From an uncultured bacterium (GTDB lineage: Bacteria > Acidobacteriota > DATKUA01), in assembly GCA_965602675.1 (NCBI GenBank), contig CBFCZO010000008.1, positions 4,334-68,333 on the forward strand: a DNA stretch of 64,000 nt. Direction: 5' to 3'. Below the pieces are notes generated by a model. It ran no database searches and was not told the DNA's origin. It was given only the letters and a program-made list of their open reading frames with translations. Numbering within the stretch: position 1 is the stretch's first letter; each line of letters opens with the position of its first letter. The position numbers and the translations under genes were made by a program. Of this stretch, positions 17,706 through 27,272 are shown piece by piece.

Positions 17706-19015
17706 ATCAGCTCTCTCCCCTCGGGAACCGGCGCTCCCACCAGAGCGCTAAACCAGCAACGCGCTTTTTCAAAGGCGGTCATGCCTGCAGTTTCCATGCG
17801 CCTATTGGCGAGGATCCGCTTGCGCAGCAGGCGCAAAGTTCCCACCAGCGCGGCGCAGCCGGGATCGCTGAAGCCCATCCTCGTGCCGTTAACCGCTCGC
17901 GGATGCCCCACCTCGACGGTCCTGTCGAGAACGATCTCGGCCAGTTCCGGCAGGCCGGCCAGCCTGGCGCACCCTCCGGTCAGGATCACGCGGGAAAGCA
18001 GTTCGGGAGAGAGACCCTTGCTGATCTCCTGGCCGACGGCGTAAAGCAACTCCTGGGCGCGATCGCGCAGTACTGAGGCGATCTCTCGCGCTGACACGAG
18101 CTTCTCCACACCCAGGCCTCTCTCCTTCAGGTCAATCACTTCGTTGTAGCGGATTACCTGTGGCAGGGCGCAGCCATAGTTGTGCTTGACGTCTTCCGCA
18201 ACCGCCATGCTCTCGTTGAGGAAGATCGCCAGGTCGGAATCGAAATCCCGGCCGCCGCTGGCGATGACACCCAGATGAAGCAGCTTGCCGTGGGCGTAGA
18301 CCGCCACGTCGGTGGAATTCCCGCCCAGATCGATCACCGCGACTCCGGCTTCGGTGTTCTTGCCGAGCACCGACAGCGCTGAACTCAGCCCGGAGTAGCT
18401 CCAGGATTTGACGCTGTAGCCGCAGGACTTGAAGGCCTTTTCGATTTGCTCGAGCGCCGAGATGGGCGCGGTGACGAAGGTGATCTCTATGCCGAGCTGC
18501 TCTCCGCGCATTCCCAGGGGCGGCTCGTTGCCGCTGTAGACGGAATCGAGGCTGTAGCGGACCGGAACCACCTGCATCACATGCTCGACAAGGCTTGAAA
18601 TTTCCTCCCGCGTACGCCGGACCGCGTCGTCAACAATCCTCTGGGTCACACGGCGGCGGGCGGGGACCTTGACGTTAGCGAAATGGCTGAAGTAGGAGAT
18701 GAAGGGAGCGGAGACTGAGACATGCAGGCGCTTCGAGCGAACTCCGTTGCGGCGCCGCAGGTCGGTGACCGCGCGATCGACGGCGGCGGTAAAGCGCGCC
18801 GGATCGGTGACCGCTCCATCGCTGATTCCGAGGTTATAAGAGGAGGCGTAATCCAGCACCATCACCTCGCCTGACGGCCCTATCTTCGCCAGCAGGGCTT
18901 TGATGGTGCTGTGGCCGAGATCGACGATCAGCAGATTGTCGCCGTTGCCGCGCCTGGCCACCCCCTTCCACCTCTGGTAGGCGGACTCAAAATCGATGAC
19001 TGCGCGACGATTCAT
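17702..19015 (-). CDS. ftsA: Cell division protein FtsA (actin-like ATPase)
   Basis: Motifs LLIVDLGHSTIKALLAKI and VIDLGGNSTDVAVY. ATGA overlap with ftsZ. Confidence 0.88.
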   Translation of the reverse strand: MNRRAVIDFESAYQRWKGVARRGNGDNLLIVDLGHSTIKALLAKIGPSGEVMVLDYASSYNLGISDGAVTDPARFTAAVDRAVTDLRRRNGVRSKRLHVSVSAPFISYFSHFANVKVPARRRVTQRIVDDAVRRTREEISSLVEHVMQVVPVRYSLDSVYSGNEPPLGMRGEQLGIEITFVTAPISALEQIEKAFKSCGYSVKSWSYSGLSSALSVLGKNTEAGVAVIDLGGNSTDVAVYAHGKLLHLGVIASGGRDFDSDLAIFLNESMAVAEDVKHNYGCALPQVIRYNEVIDLKERGLGVEKLVSAREIASVLRDRAQELLYAVGQEISKGLSPELLSRVILTGGCARLAGLPELAEIVLDRTVEVGHPRAVNGTRMGFSDPGCAALVGTLRLLRKRILANRRMETAGMTAFEKARCWFSALVGAPVPEGRELI

Positions 19016-19164
19016 CGTGCTCTGCTCGCCTTTTGCCCGCGGCCCACGACTGCGAGCTGCTGCCTGGTCAGCTCCCTGATCCGCAGCAGAGTCTTTTGAA
19101 TCTCCTGCTCCATCAGGCGCGCCGCGCGGCTCGTCCGCGGCCCTCTTATTGCCGCTATTCCCAT
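19012..19164 (-). CDS. Possible small basic helical protein (50 aa), coupled to ftsA by an ATGA overlap
   Basis: MGIAAIRGPRTSRAARLMEQEIQKTLLRIRELTRQQLAVVGRGQKASRAR. Its start lies 1 nt after the ORF57 stop (TGAcATG). Alternative starts exist. Confidence 0.25.
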   Translation of the reverse strand: MGIAAIRGPRTSRAARLMEQEIQKTLLRIRELTRQQLAVVGRGQKASRAR

Positions 19165-19165
19165 G

Positions 19166-19339
19166 TCACCGGCTCTCCACCGCGGCCGGTTTGCTCTGAA
19201 CCGGTTCGCGTTCACCCGCAACCGCATGACTGCTGGAGGCATCGAGAGCGAAGATCGCCATCAGGCCGCCGGCAAGAAGCAGAGCGGCTATGGCAACAAG
19301 CAACCATTGCCCCACCTTCACCGTCACTTGCACTCTCAT
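19166..19339 (-). CDS. Small single-TM protein (57 aa), not in the ORF track; its ATG overlaps the mraZ stop (ATGA)
   Basis: My translation: MRVQVTVKVGQWLLVAIAALLLAGGLMAIFALDASSSHAVAGEREPVQSKPAAVESR*. Could be an FtsL/FtsB-like divisome component. Confidence 0.35.
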   Translation of the reverse strand: MRVQVTVKVGQWLLVAIAALLLAGGLMAIFALDASSSHAVAGEREPVQSKPAAVESR

Positions 19340-19842
19340 TGGTCTTCCTCCGCGGTGCGGTTGTCCCCGTTTATCCTTCTAACCGTTCTCTCCGCTATCT
19401 CCTCATAGCGGCTCATCTGCTCATCGAAATAACGCTCCCAGTTCTCCAGCTTCCATATCTCGATGCGGTCTTCCGCTCCGATGACGGCGACGTTGTCTCG
19501 AGGCGAAACCTCGATGTGCCGCCGGTAGGACTCGGGCAGCAGCAGGCGGCCCTGTGCGGCGACTTCCACATCGAGGCCCGTGCCGGCGATGCGCGTCAGC
19601 GCCCTGGCATCCGAAGAGCCGGGAACCAGCGGCCCGAGCCTGGAGAGCACTTCCTTCCAGCCGGAGTCCCAAGTGCCGCGCGGATAAATGGCAAGGCACT
19701 TCTCGGGCATGCGCATCATCCGGCACTTCCTGCCGTGGTTATCCAAGAGGGCGTTTAAAAGGCGCGTGGGCAACTTGATGCGTCCCTTCTCATCAAGCTG
19801 GGGGTAATACTCCCCATGGAAAGAGTTGCTATTCTCGCCCAC
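19336..19842 (-). CDS. mraZ: Transcriptional regulator MraZ
   Basis: Two MraZ repeats: FHGEYYPQLDEKGRIKLPTRLL and AAQGRLLLPESYRRHIE...VAVIGAEDRIEIWKLENWERY (cf. E. coli FRGATLVNLDSKGRLSVP / DGAGRLLIAPVLRQ...FELWDETTW). GTG start. Confidence 0.85.
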   Translation of the reverse strand: MGENSNSFHGEYYPQLDEKGRIKLPTRLLNALLDNHGRKCRMMRMPEKCLAIYPRGTWDSGWKEVLSRLGPLVPGSSDARALTRIAGTGLDVEVAAQGRLLLPESYRRHIEVSPRDNVAVIGAEDRIEIWKLENWERYFDEQMSRYEEIAERTVRRINGDNRTAEEDQ

Positions 19843-19850
19843 TTTTGGTA

Positions 19851-19909
19851 CCCTTTAGTCCCCTTTTAATCTCAGAAGATCAATCTAGTACAATTTAGTC
19901 CCCCTTTGG
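19851..19909 (-). promoter_or_regulatory. Direct repeats (GGGGACTAAAG x2, 40 bp apart) just upstream of mraZ; candidate MraZ operator or promoter element
   Basis: + strand ccctttagtcccctttt (19851-19867) and caatttagtccccctttgg (19891-19909), in the AT-rich divergent mraZ/crp promoter region. Confidence 0.3.
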
Positions 19910-20297
19910 CCCGGCGTCAAGCAAAAAAACGCTTTTTCAATTACTATTTTTTGAACATACAAGATGTTGGGGTTATTTGTGTTATTAAACACAACATGGT
20001 GTACACGCTAAAACGAAAAAATGTAGTCCGGATTGTGGATCAGGTGGTGGCTTCCGCCTCAGCCCACTATTTTCACATTTCTGCGGCAGGCGTCCGAAAT
20101 GACGAAGCGTTAAGTCAACCGTAAAACCGAATCGTCAAGATTCCTTGACACCGTATAGACATTTAGACAATTGAATCGCAGCCGAGATTCCGCCTAACCT
20201 GTTGCAATAAGAAGGCTTAACCAATATGCCTTGCCTGGCATGACACTTGCTCACTATGAGTGTGGTCCGACATAAAGCCATACAACGGGGAGCACAA

Positions 20298-20987
20298 ATG
20301 CAGACTGAGGGTAAACAGCTGAAGATCAACCTCCTCTCGGAACTGAGTTCCGAGGATATGCAAAAACTAATAAACGCTGCGGTAATCAATGATTACGATC
20401 GCCGGGAAGTGGTCTACCTGCCTGGCGACGCGCGGACTCACGTTTTCCTGGTGCTCGAGGGCATCGTCAAGCTGGCCCGACTAAGTGAGGACGGCCGCGA
20501 GATTATCATCACCACCGCGGAGGCCGGCGAGATGTTCGGCGAGTTGGCACTCGTCAACCTCGGCCTCCACGACACGATGGCCGAAATGATGAGCGACGGA
20601 AAAATCGCTGCCGTCGACGTTCACACGCTGGAAGAGATCATGGACGATGTGCCGAAGCTGTCGCTGATAATCGCCCGGGTGATGGGTTACCGTCGCATGC
20701 TGCTGGAAAGCAAGCTCGAAGACCTCGCTTTCCGCAACGTTCCGGCACGGCTGGCGAAGTTCCTGCTCGAGGAAGCAGCCAACCGCGGCAGTGGCAACGG
20801 CGGGGCGATCGTGCTACCCAGCCAGTATTCGCAACAGGAGATCGGCTCGATGATCGGCAGCACGCGGGAGACCACGAGCCACTTCCTCAACAACTTCCGG
20901 AAATCCGGATTGATCGACTTCAATAAGCGCCTCATCAGCATCCTCAACCCTGAGAAACTGGCAGAGCTGAGTGGGGCGATGGCATAG
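20298..20987 (+). CDS. Crp/Fnr-family transcriptional regulator (cNMP-binding plus HTH)
   Basis: cNMP-binding domain with C-terminal HTH RETTSHFLNNFRKSGLI. I chose the ATG at 20298 (ribosome-binding site GGGGAG) over the TTG at 20247. Confidence 0.85.
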   Translation: MQTEGKQLKINLLSELSSEDMQKLINAAVINDYDRREVVYLPGDARTHVFLVLEGIVKLARLSEDGREIIITTAEAGEMFGELALVNLGLHDTMAEMMSDGKIAAVDVHTLEEIMDDVPKLSLIIARVMGYRRMLLESKLEDLAFRNVPARLAKFLLEEAANRGSGNGGAIVLPSQYSQQEIGSMIGSTRETTSHFLNNFRKSGLIDFNKRLISILNPEKLAELSGAMA

Positions 20988-21036
20988 ACTTCCCACAACG
21001 GACACCATGTCCACTCCAGGACAACCCCCTACACCT

Positions 21037-21066
21037 GCCCGGGACTACGGTTCCGGGCTTTTTTTT
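21037..21066 (+). terminator. Rho-independent terminator after the crp-like gene
   Basis: GCCCGG-gactacggtt-CCGGGC followed by T8. Confidence 0.6.
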
Positions 21067-21279
21067 ATACTCGCCCTCCCGAAGAATCAGCGAGAACTTA
21101 AGTGATTCGAGTGCTTTACGCTCCATAGGAATACATATGACTGTATATGAGAGATTGACAGTCGTCCTGAATATTTTTAATATCCTCACGACGAGGACAT
21201 TGTTTCTCCCGTCATGATCCGCAAGTGCGCCCACCCGTTATAACAAGCCGCACGCATATAGTTTAGGAGTGCTTAAAAC

Positions 21280-22710
21280 ATGTCATTCAAGAGTTTGTCA
21301 ACGTTGCTCCGAGGGAGCCTTTACTTCAAGGTTATCGCATCACTGTTGGTGGTGCTTATCACAGCGCTGGGTCTGATCACCTTCTTTGAAATGCAGGACA
21401 AGGGAGGATTCTTCCAGGAGAAACTTGAAGGTGAAATCAATCATCTCAACACCGTGCTGAACGCCGCACTCTACAACGTAATGATGAATGAAGACACGGA
21501 AGGCCTGGAGGTCATATTAAATAAGGTAGCTGAGGTTGAAGGAATAAGGCAGGCGTATGTGCTCACCGCCGATGCAGGCATCTATATGGCATCCGACGAG
21601 GAGATGGCGGGAGAGCTGGAAATAGAGGAAGCAATAGCTCACGTCCGGGAAAACAGCCGCAGCTTCGCTTCAATGAGAGAAACATCCGCCAGCGAGAACT
21701 ACATGCTCGGCCTGACGCCGATTATTATCGAGGCCGCCTGCCTCGACTGCCACGACGACATGAAAGAGGGCGACCTTATCGGCTTCCTCGGTCTTGAGAA
21801 ATCGGCACAAGCCGATGTCGACAGTATTCAGGGAAGCCTTTGGAGGTCGATCTTCTTCGCAGCTGCCGCCGTGTTGTTGATCGGACTTGTGATAGCGTGG
21901 CTGATATCGCGGCTTGTTACCAGGCCTTTGAACCTGACGATCAGCAATCTGAGTGAGGGAGCCGAGACAATAACCACCGCTTCATCGGAGCTATCCCAGA
22001 GCAGCGCGAAGCTGGCGGAAGGCGCGAGCAACCAGGCCAGCTCGCTGGAAGAGGTCAGCAGCAGCCTGGAGGAACTCGCCTCCGTTACCCGGCAGAACGC
22101 CGACAACACCCGCCAAGCCAGCGGCCTGGCCGTGGAGGCTAGGGAGTCAGCTGAGAGCGGCAACGCATCGATGAACCGAATGTCGGAAACCATCACGGCG
22201 ATCAAGGAATCATCCGATAAGACCGTAAACGTCATCAAGACCATCGACGAAATTGCTTTCCAGACCAACCTGCTTGCTCTCAACGCGGCAGTAGAGGCGG
22301 CCCGGGCCGGCGAATCGGGGAAAGGATTCGCAGTGGTTGCCGAGGAAGTGCGCGCGCTGGCCCAACGCAGCGCCGAGGCGGCCAAGAACACAGCCGACCT
22401 GTTGGAAGGCTCGAGAGCTCAAGCCGACCACGGAGTGACAGCCATCGAAGAAGTGGCAAACGAATTCGACAAGATATTTACCAGCGTTCAGAAAGTGACC
22501 GAGCTAATAGATGGGGTTGCCCAGGCAAGCCACGAGCAGGCGGAGGGCATCCAACAGATAAGCTGCGCTGTTTCAGAGATGGACGGAGTGACGCAACACA
22601 ACGCCGCAGCCGCGGAGCAATTCACTGCGACAAGCCAGGGTCTCTCAACTCAGGCTGAAGCGGTGATTCAAGCCGCCGGTTCGCTGATCGGAATTCTGCG
22701 CGGCAGCTAA
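21280..22710 (+). CDS. Methyl-accepting chemotaxis protein with a periplasmic sensor carrying a CxxCH (heme c) motif
   Basis: TM1 at residues 15-36. Periplasmic ~120 aa contains CLDCH at ~21739-21753. TM2 follows, then the MCP signalling domain [37 protein letters not shown]. Confidence 0.9.
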   Translation: MSFKSLSTLLRGSLYFKVIASLLVVLITALGLITFFEMQDKGGFFQEKLEGEINHLNTVLNAALYNVMMNEDTEGLEVILNKVAEVEGIRQAYVLTADAGIYMASDEEMAGELEIEEAIAHVRENSRSFASMRETSASENYMLGLTPIIIEAACLDCHDDMKEGDLIGFLGLEKSAQADVDSIQGSLWRSIFFAAAAVLLIGLVIAWLISRLVTRPLNLTISNLSEGAETITTASSELSQSSAKLAEGASNQASSLEEVSSSLEELASVTRQNADNTRQASGLAVEARESAESGNASMNRMSETITAIKESSDKTVNVIKTIDEIAFQTNLLALNAAVEAARAGESGKGFAVVAEEVRALAQRSAEAAKNTADLLEGSRAQADHGVTAIEEVANEFDKIFTSVQKVTELIDGVAQASHEQAEGIQQISCAVSEMDGVTQHNAAAAEQFTATSQGLSTQAEAVIQAAGSLIGILRGS

Positions 22711-22810
22711 ACAGCCAATGTCGCTCTTCCGGCTCACGAAAAACCGGCCGGTCTGATCGAGAACAAATAAGCCCGCCGCGGCCATTGGACTGAAAAATCC
22801 CGCAACCGGT

Positions 22811-23812
22811 TCATTCGAGTTCCAGCTGTCTACGGGCATCCTGCAGTTTCAGAAGCTTGCCCTCTTCATCGGGGCCGGGTGCTTCCGCAAGCTCGGAGAA
22901 AGCTTTGAGGAACAGCTTTTCCCCTTTGAACTCGCGGAGCTCCTTGAGATCCTGCTCGGGGACCTCCCTACCGCCGAGCAGCAGGCGTATCAGTTCGATC
23001 TTGGAGTGATCATCGACGTGCTTGAGCTTGATGAGCCAGCGTAACATTACGCCGTACTCTTCAGCGGAGATCGACTCTTGCGCCTGGAGGGTTTTCGCCA
23101 TCTCGAACGCGGTCAGCAGTTCCGCTGCGGATTTCTCGTTGCGCACGCGACGGCCGCTGTAGAGCATCACAGCCTCTTCGCCAACGATAGTGACAAGCCC
23201 GGTAACGAAGTACCTGCGAGCCGTCTCTAATCCCACCTCGATAAAGACCTTGCGCCCCCAATACCAGGGATTGAGCAAGTTGGCGGCGCCCCAGCCGACC
23301 TGCCATAGCTTCCTAAGCGCCGGCTTGTTCATGACGAACTCGGTGACCGGATGCTGGCGCACCGCATCGTAGCCTTTTTTAAGGCTTAGAATTGTGGCGA
23401 CGTCGAGGCCACGGAACTTGTTAATCAGCGGCTTGTCGAGGATCTCCTTCAGCCTCTGTCCCACGCGCTCGTTTAATTCCAGCAGGCCGTCGATGTTGGC
23501 CTTGTATTGGGGTTCCTTCTCATCGGGATAGTATACCGACGCAATCTTTTCGATCACTTCGAACGAGATCTGGGAGACCGCCCGCGGATTGAGTTGCATA
23601 TCCTCGCCGAAGCGGCCCCAGATGTGGCGCCGGTAAGTCTTGAGGAGCTCGTAGGCTTCCTTGTCCTTCTCGGTCGGCATGTCGACTATCCTGACCGGCA
23701 TGCGGTCGATCGAGCGCTCCACGCGCTTCTTCCGCACCCAGCGCCACAACCAACTCAAGAGAACTATCGCCAGGACCGCCCCGACGAGAATCGCTATCTG
23801 CTCGATTTGCAT
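22811..23812 (-). CDS. Hypothetical membrane-anchored protein (N-terminal TM), downstream of rlmN
   Basis: MQIEQIAILVGAVLAIVLLSWLWRWVRKK then a ~300 aa soluble domain with no recognisable family. An alternative TTG start at 23860 overlaps rlmN. Confidence 0.5.
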   Translation of the reverse strand: MQIEQIAILVGAVLAIVLLSWLWRWVRKKRVERSIDRMPVRIVDMPTEKDKEAYELLKTYRRHIWGRFGEDMQLNPRAVSQISFEVIEKIASVYYPDEKEPQYKANIDGLLELNERVGQRLKEILDKPLINKFRGLDVATILSLKKGYDAVRQHPVTEFVMNKPALRKLWQVGWGAANLLNPWYWGRKVFIEVGLETARRYFVTGLVTIVGEEAVMLYSGRRVRNEKSAAELLTAFEMAKTLQAQESISAEEYGVMLRWLIKLKHVDDHSKIELIRLLLGGREVPEQDLKELREFKGEKLFLKAFSELAEAPGPDEEGKLLKLQDARRQLELE

Positions 23813-23835
23813 TTTTCTGTTCCCGTTAACATATC

Positions 23836-24921
23836 TTACTCGACAGCCAGTTGCCCGCAAGCCGCCGACAACTCACTACCACGGCTGCGCCTGACAGTGC
23901 AACTGATGCCGGCTTTAACCATCTCACTGAGAAAAGCGTCGATCACCGCCTCGCCCGGAGATTCGAACGGCAATCCATCGCATTCATTGTAAGGGATCAG
24001 ATTCACCTTCACCCGCAAGCCTCGCAGCAAGTCTGCGAGTTTCCTTGCCTGCGCCGGGCTGTCGTTTACTCGGTTGATCAAAACATATTCTATCGTCAAT
24101 CGCTCCCGCTTCAGCACCTCCCTGGGCAGGCTTCGCAAAACCGCCATCAGCTCGGTAAGCGGGTGCCTGCGGGCAATCGGCATCAAACTTTCCCTCAATT
24201 CCTGATCGGGAGCATTGAGCGAAATGGCAAGCCGGGGCGCCCGTGGAAGGTTATCAGCCGAGAACAGCCTGCGGATTCCTTCGGGGATACCCGCCGTAGA
24301 TATAGCTATTCTCCTCATCGGCAGCGCCAGGCCGTGAGGATCGTTAAAAATCTCGAGCGCGCGCAGCACAGCATCCAGATTGAGCAGCGGTTCCCCCATG
24401 CCCATGAGGACGATGTTTACCCACAGAGGTCTCTGCGGAATCCGCTTCAGCATCAACACAACCTGGGCAACGATCTCCGCCGCCTCGAGGTTGCGATGCA
24501 GCCCCATTGTGGCGGTCTTGCAGAAAACGCATCCAAGCGAGCAGCCCACCTGCGACGAAACGCAGAGACTGATTCCGCCGCCTTCCTCGTCAGGCATGGC
24601 CACGCACTCGATCGCCTCGCCGTCGTCCAGCGCCAGGCGGTATTTGACGGTCCCGTCGCCGGTTGCGACTTCGTGATCTATTTTCGGGAGATCGAATAAG
24701 AATAAACTCGAGATGCTCTCTCTCAGGCCGGCGGGTATGCTGGTCATCGATTTCGGATCAATAATCAGCTTCTCGTACAACCAGGAGAAAATCTGGTCGG
24801 CACGGTAGCGAGGCGTACCGAAAACATTCAGCCTGGATGAGAGCTCTTCGTGAGTGAGACCGAAGATGGATTCCTTGCGCGTCATGCGGACAATGCTAGC
24901 ACGCACCTCTCGGAGCCACAA
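23836..24921 (-). CDS. rlmN: 23S rRNA m2A2503 methyltransferase RlmN (radical SAM)
   Basis: CVSSQVGCSLGCVFCKT (CxxxCxxC); ...GMGEPLLN; ~360 aa, RlmN/Cfr family. Confidence 0.9.
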   Translation of the reverse strand: MWLREVRASIVRMTRKESIFGLTHEELSSRLNVFGTPRYRADQIFSWLYEKLIIDPKSMTSIPAGLRESISSLFLFDLPKIDHEVATGDGTVKYRLALDDGEAIECVAMPDEEGGGISLCVSSQVGCSLGCVFCKTATMGLHRNLEAAEIVAQVVLMLKRIPQRPLWVNIVLMGMGEPLLNLDAVLRALEIFNDPHGLALPMRRIAISTAGIPEGIRRLFSADNLPRAPRLAISLNAPDQELRESLMPIARRHPLTELMAVLRSLPREVLKRERLTIEYVLINRVNDSPAQARKLADLLRGLRVKVNLIPYNECDGLPFESPGEAVIDAFLSEMVKAGISCTVRRSRGSELSAACGQLAVE

Positions 24922-25007
24922 AAGGAATAGCTACGACATGCCGGACCGTTGCCACAATGCAGAGCCGGTGTTTCCCCGGTTTATCAAGGGAAACCATCAG
25001 AGCGGGA

Positions 25008-27182
25008 TCAGCGCTGCTCGAGCTTCCAGAACGGCCAGGCAGCCAATTCCTCCGGCGGCCAGGCCATCGACTCCGCCCGTTCGACGTAGCGGTCTGCATC
25101 TTCCTGCAACATGTATCTTTGCCGGAGCAATTCTCCGACAGTGGCTTTGACCCTGCCCAAATAATCCGCCTTGCCGCTGTATCGGGCTTCGATGGAGGGG
25201 CGCGTGTCCCCGGTCTTTCCACGCTCGGCCTCAGTTGCCGCGAAAGCCCAGAAGGAGCCTTCGAAGCGCCCGAGGTATAAAGGCGCACCGAACTCCGCCC
25301 TGCGTGGATTCCACCCCTGGTAGGTCCCGAGCGGCACCTGCAGCTCGGGCAGGCGGATGCCGCCGATGCTGTTCCCGTCGTCATCATAGGCCGGGACCAA
25401 CGTGATATAAACCTCGCCCATCTCGGGAGGCACGATTGTCATTATCCCCTCGGTCCAGAAGCGGCCGCCGTAGTTCACTCTCGGCGGCTGCAGGTTGCGT
25501 CCCGGATGGCGCATTCCTGGTATGGCGGGGAAGAGTTTCTTGTGTTCGCCAGCGGAGATCAAATCGAAGCGATCGATGCGGGGATAGCAGTTGGGCGGTG
25601 GTTCTGTTCCCTCCGTGACCCAGTGGTCCATCGCCACCATTAACGCCCGCAGCACCGGGCTGACGTTGATCGGATTGAGCGAGTGTTCGTGTATTCCCCG
25701 CTCTCTCGAGCGGACGGCTCTGTGCGGCGCACCTACGGTGACGTAGATCCGCACCTTCTCATGCAACGGCGCATCCCTTGTGCCCTTGACATCCGTGTGG
25801 ATTAGCGACGCCGAGCGCGTCCAATACTCCAGCTCGTTGTTGGTGATCATGATGAAGGGCACTTTGCCGAGCTTCTTGGCCACAGCAAAAACGTCGTTGT
25901 CGCCTCCGGAGCCGGGATCGCCGGACGGCAGGTAATTGAACGGCATGTGGTCGGCAGGCATGTAATTGCCTTCGAGGTGGCTGGGATGATGAGTGGTCTG
26001 CGAGAAACGGAAGTTAAAGCCTCCCTTGCCGCCGCCGGGGACGTGGATGCGCGCGCCGTCGAACACCATCCGGTCCGCCTCGTCGACGTGGAAGCCCTGC
26101 CAGATCATGTGGGTGATGAAGCGTCCCGACTGCGAAACGCCGTAGATATAGGCGAGCTCGCTGTCCGCTCTCAATTCGCCGTCGGAGTTACTGACTGCGA
26201 GCGGATTCGGCGTACCTGACTCGTCGCTCGCAGTGAAACGGAAGAATGAGATCGCATCGCGCACCGATGCCAGCCCCAGGCCGACCACTTTCGGGCCCTC
26301 GACCTCGTAAATCAGCTCGTAGATTCTGCCGGGCTCGAGTCCCGATTCCATATAAAGGGAGGCGGGATCAGGAATTACAGCGCCGTCCTTCTCTCTGGCG
26401 AAGCGCCATTCGCTGTTTGGGATTAATCGGCGATCTCCGCGCGGTTGGTCACGTACCGTAAGGAAGCAGTTCGAATTGTCGTTGGGATCCATTGCCGGGT
26501 AGCAACGGCTGCTTCCCCAGGCCAGCGGCTGGCTCTTCACTTTTCCCCTGGCGAAGGTGAGCACGATCTCCGCGGCGATTTTCTGGCGGATCGGCTTGCC
26601 GTCGAAAGTAGCGACCGGCAGCTCTATCTGCAGTCTGCCGTTGCCGGGGATCACGTCCCAGTTCCACGCGCTCCAGAGCAGGGAGTAGCCCTGCCTCATC
26701 AGGAATCCATTACCGGCGTGCAGGGGAGTCGACGGATCGTTACTCCAGGGAGCGTCGTTCATCGAGCCGAGCATTACCAGGTTGCCACGGTTATTGACGT
26801 CGTAAAGCAGGCGGTGGTTGCCCTTCGAGAGGTCGAGTGGCTTGAGCAGCACGAACTCGCCGACAAATTCAACCTTGCCCTCACTATTCCTCGGAGCGTA
26901 TTGCAGGTCGACTATTCTGCTGTTCGCTGCATCGCCGGGATCGACCGAATAATGCAGGCGCCCTTTGATTTTCTCGTACGCGCCCACTTCGCCGAATTCC
27001 ATTCCGTCGGCGAACGGCTCACGCGAGAGAATCTCGAGCCTGACGACCTCGGCAGAAGCCGTTGGAGCCAAGCCGAGAGTGCAGGCAAGCACCATCACCG
27101 TAAGTAGAACAAACCGCGACAAACCAGCACTGGCTGACGAGTTCTTATCAGCCGAAAGCCCCGATGTGTTTTCCCTTTTCAT
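25008..27182 (-). CDS. Large secreted hypothetical protein (724 aa, Sec signal peptide)
   Basis: Signal peptide LSRFVLLTVMVLACTLGLAPTASA|EV. No confident family assignment; it may be hydrolase-like. Confidence 0.55.
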   Translation of the reverse strand: MKRENTSGLSADKNSSASAGLSRFVLLTVMVLACTLGLAPTASAEVVRLEILSREPFADGMEFGEVGAYEKIKGRLHYSVDPGDAANSRIVDLQYAPRNSEGKVEFVGEFVLLKPLDLSKGNHRLLYDVNNRGNLVMLGSMNDAPWSNDPSTPLHAGNGFLMRQGYSLLWSAWNWDVIPGNGRLQIELPVATFDGKPIRQKIAAEIVLTFARGKVKSQPLAWGSSRCYPAMDPNDNSNCFLTVRDQPRGDRRLIPNSEWRFAREKDGAVIPDPASLYMESGLEPGRIYELIYEVEGPKVVGLGLASVRDAISFFRFTASDESGTPNPLAVSNSDGELRADSELAYIYGVSQSGRFITHMIWQGFHVDEADRMVFDGARIHVPGGGKGGFNFRFSQTTHHPSHLEGNYMPADHMPFNYLPSGDPGSGGDNDVFAVAKKLGKVPFIMITNNELEYWTRSASLIHTDVKGTRDAPLHEKVRIYVTVGAPHRAVRSRERGIHEHSLNPINVSPVLRALMVAMDHWVTEGTEPPPNCYPRIDRFDLISAGEHKKLFPAIPGMRHPGRNLQPPRVNYGGRFWTEGIMTIVPPEMGEVYITLVPAYDDDGNSIGGIRLPELQVPLGTYQGWNPRRAEFGAPLYLGRFEGSFWAFAATEAERGKTGDTRPSIEARYSGKADYLGRVKATVGELLRQRYMLQEDADRYVERAESMAWPPEELAAWPFWKLEQR

Positions 27183-27272
27183 TTAAGTCCCCACCCTTTC
27201 ATATGCGCTGTTTACCTTAGCACAGGTGGAATCGCCTTGACCGCATTCGCGGCTAGGTCGTACGATGTATTT

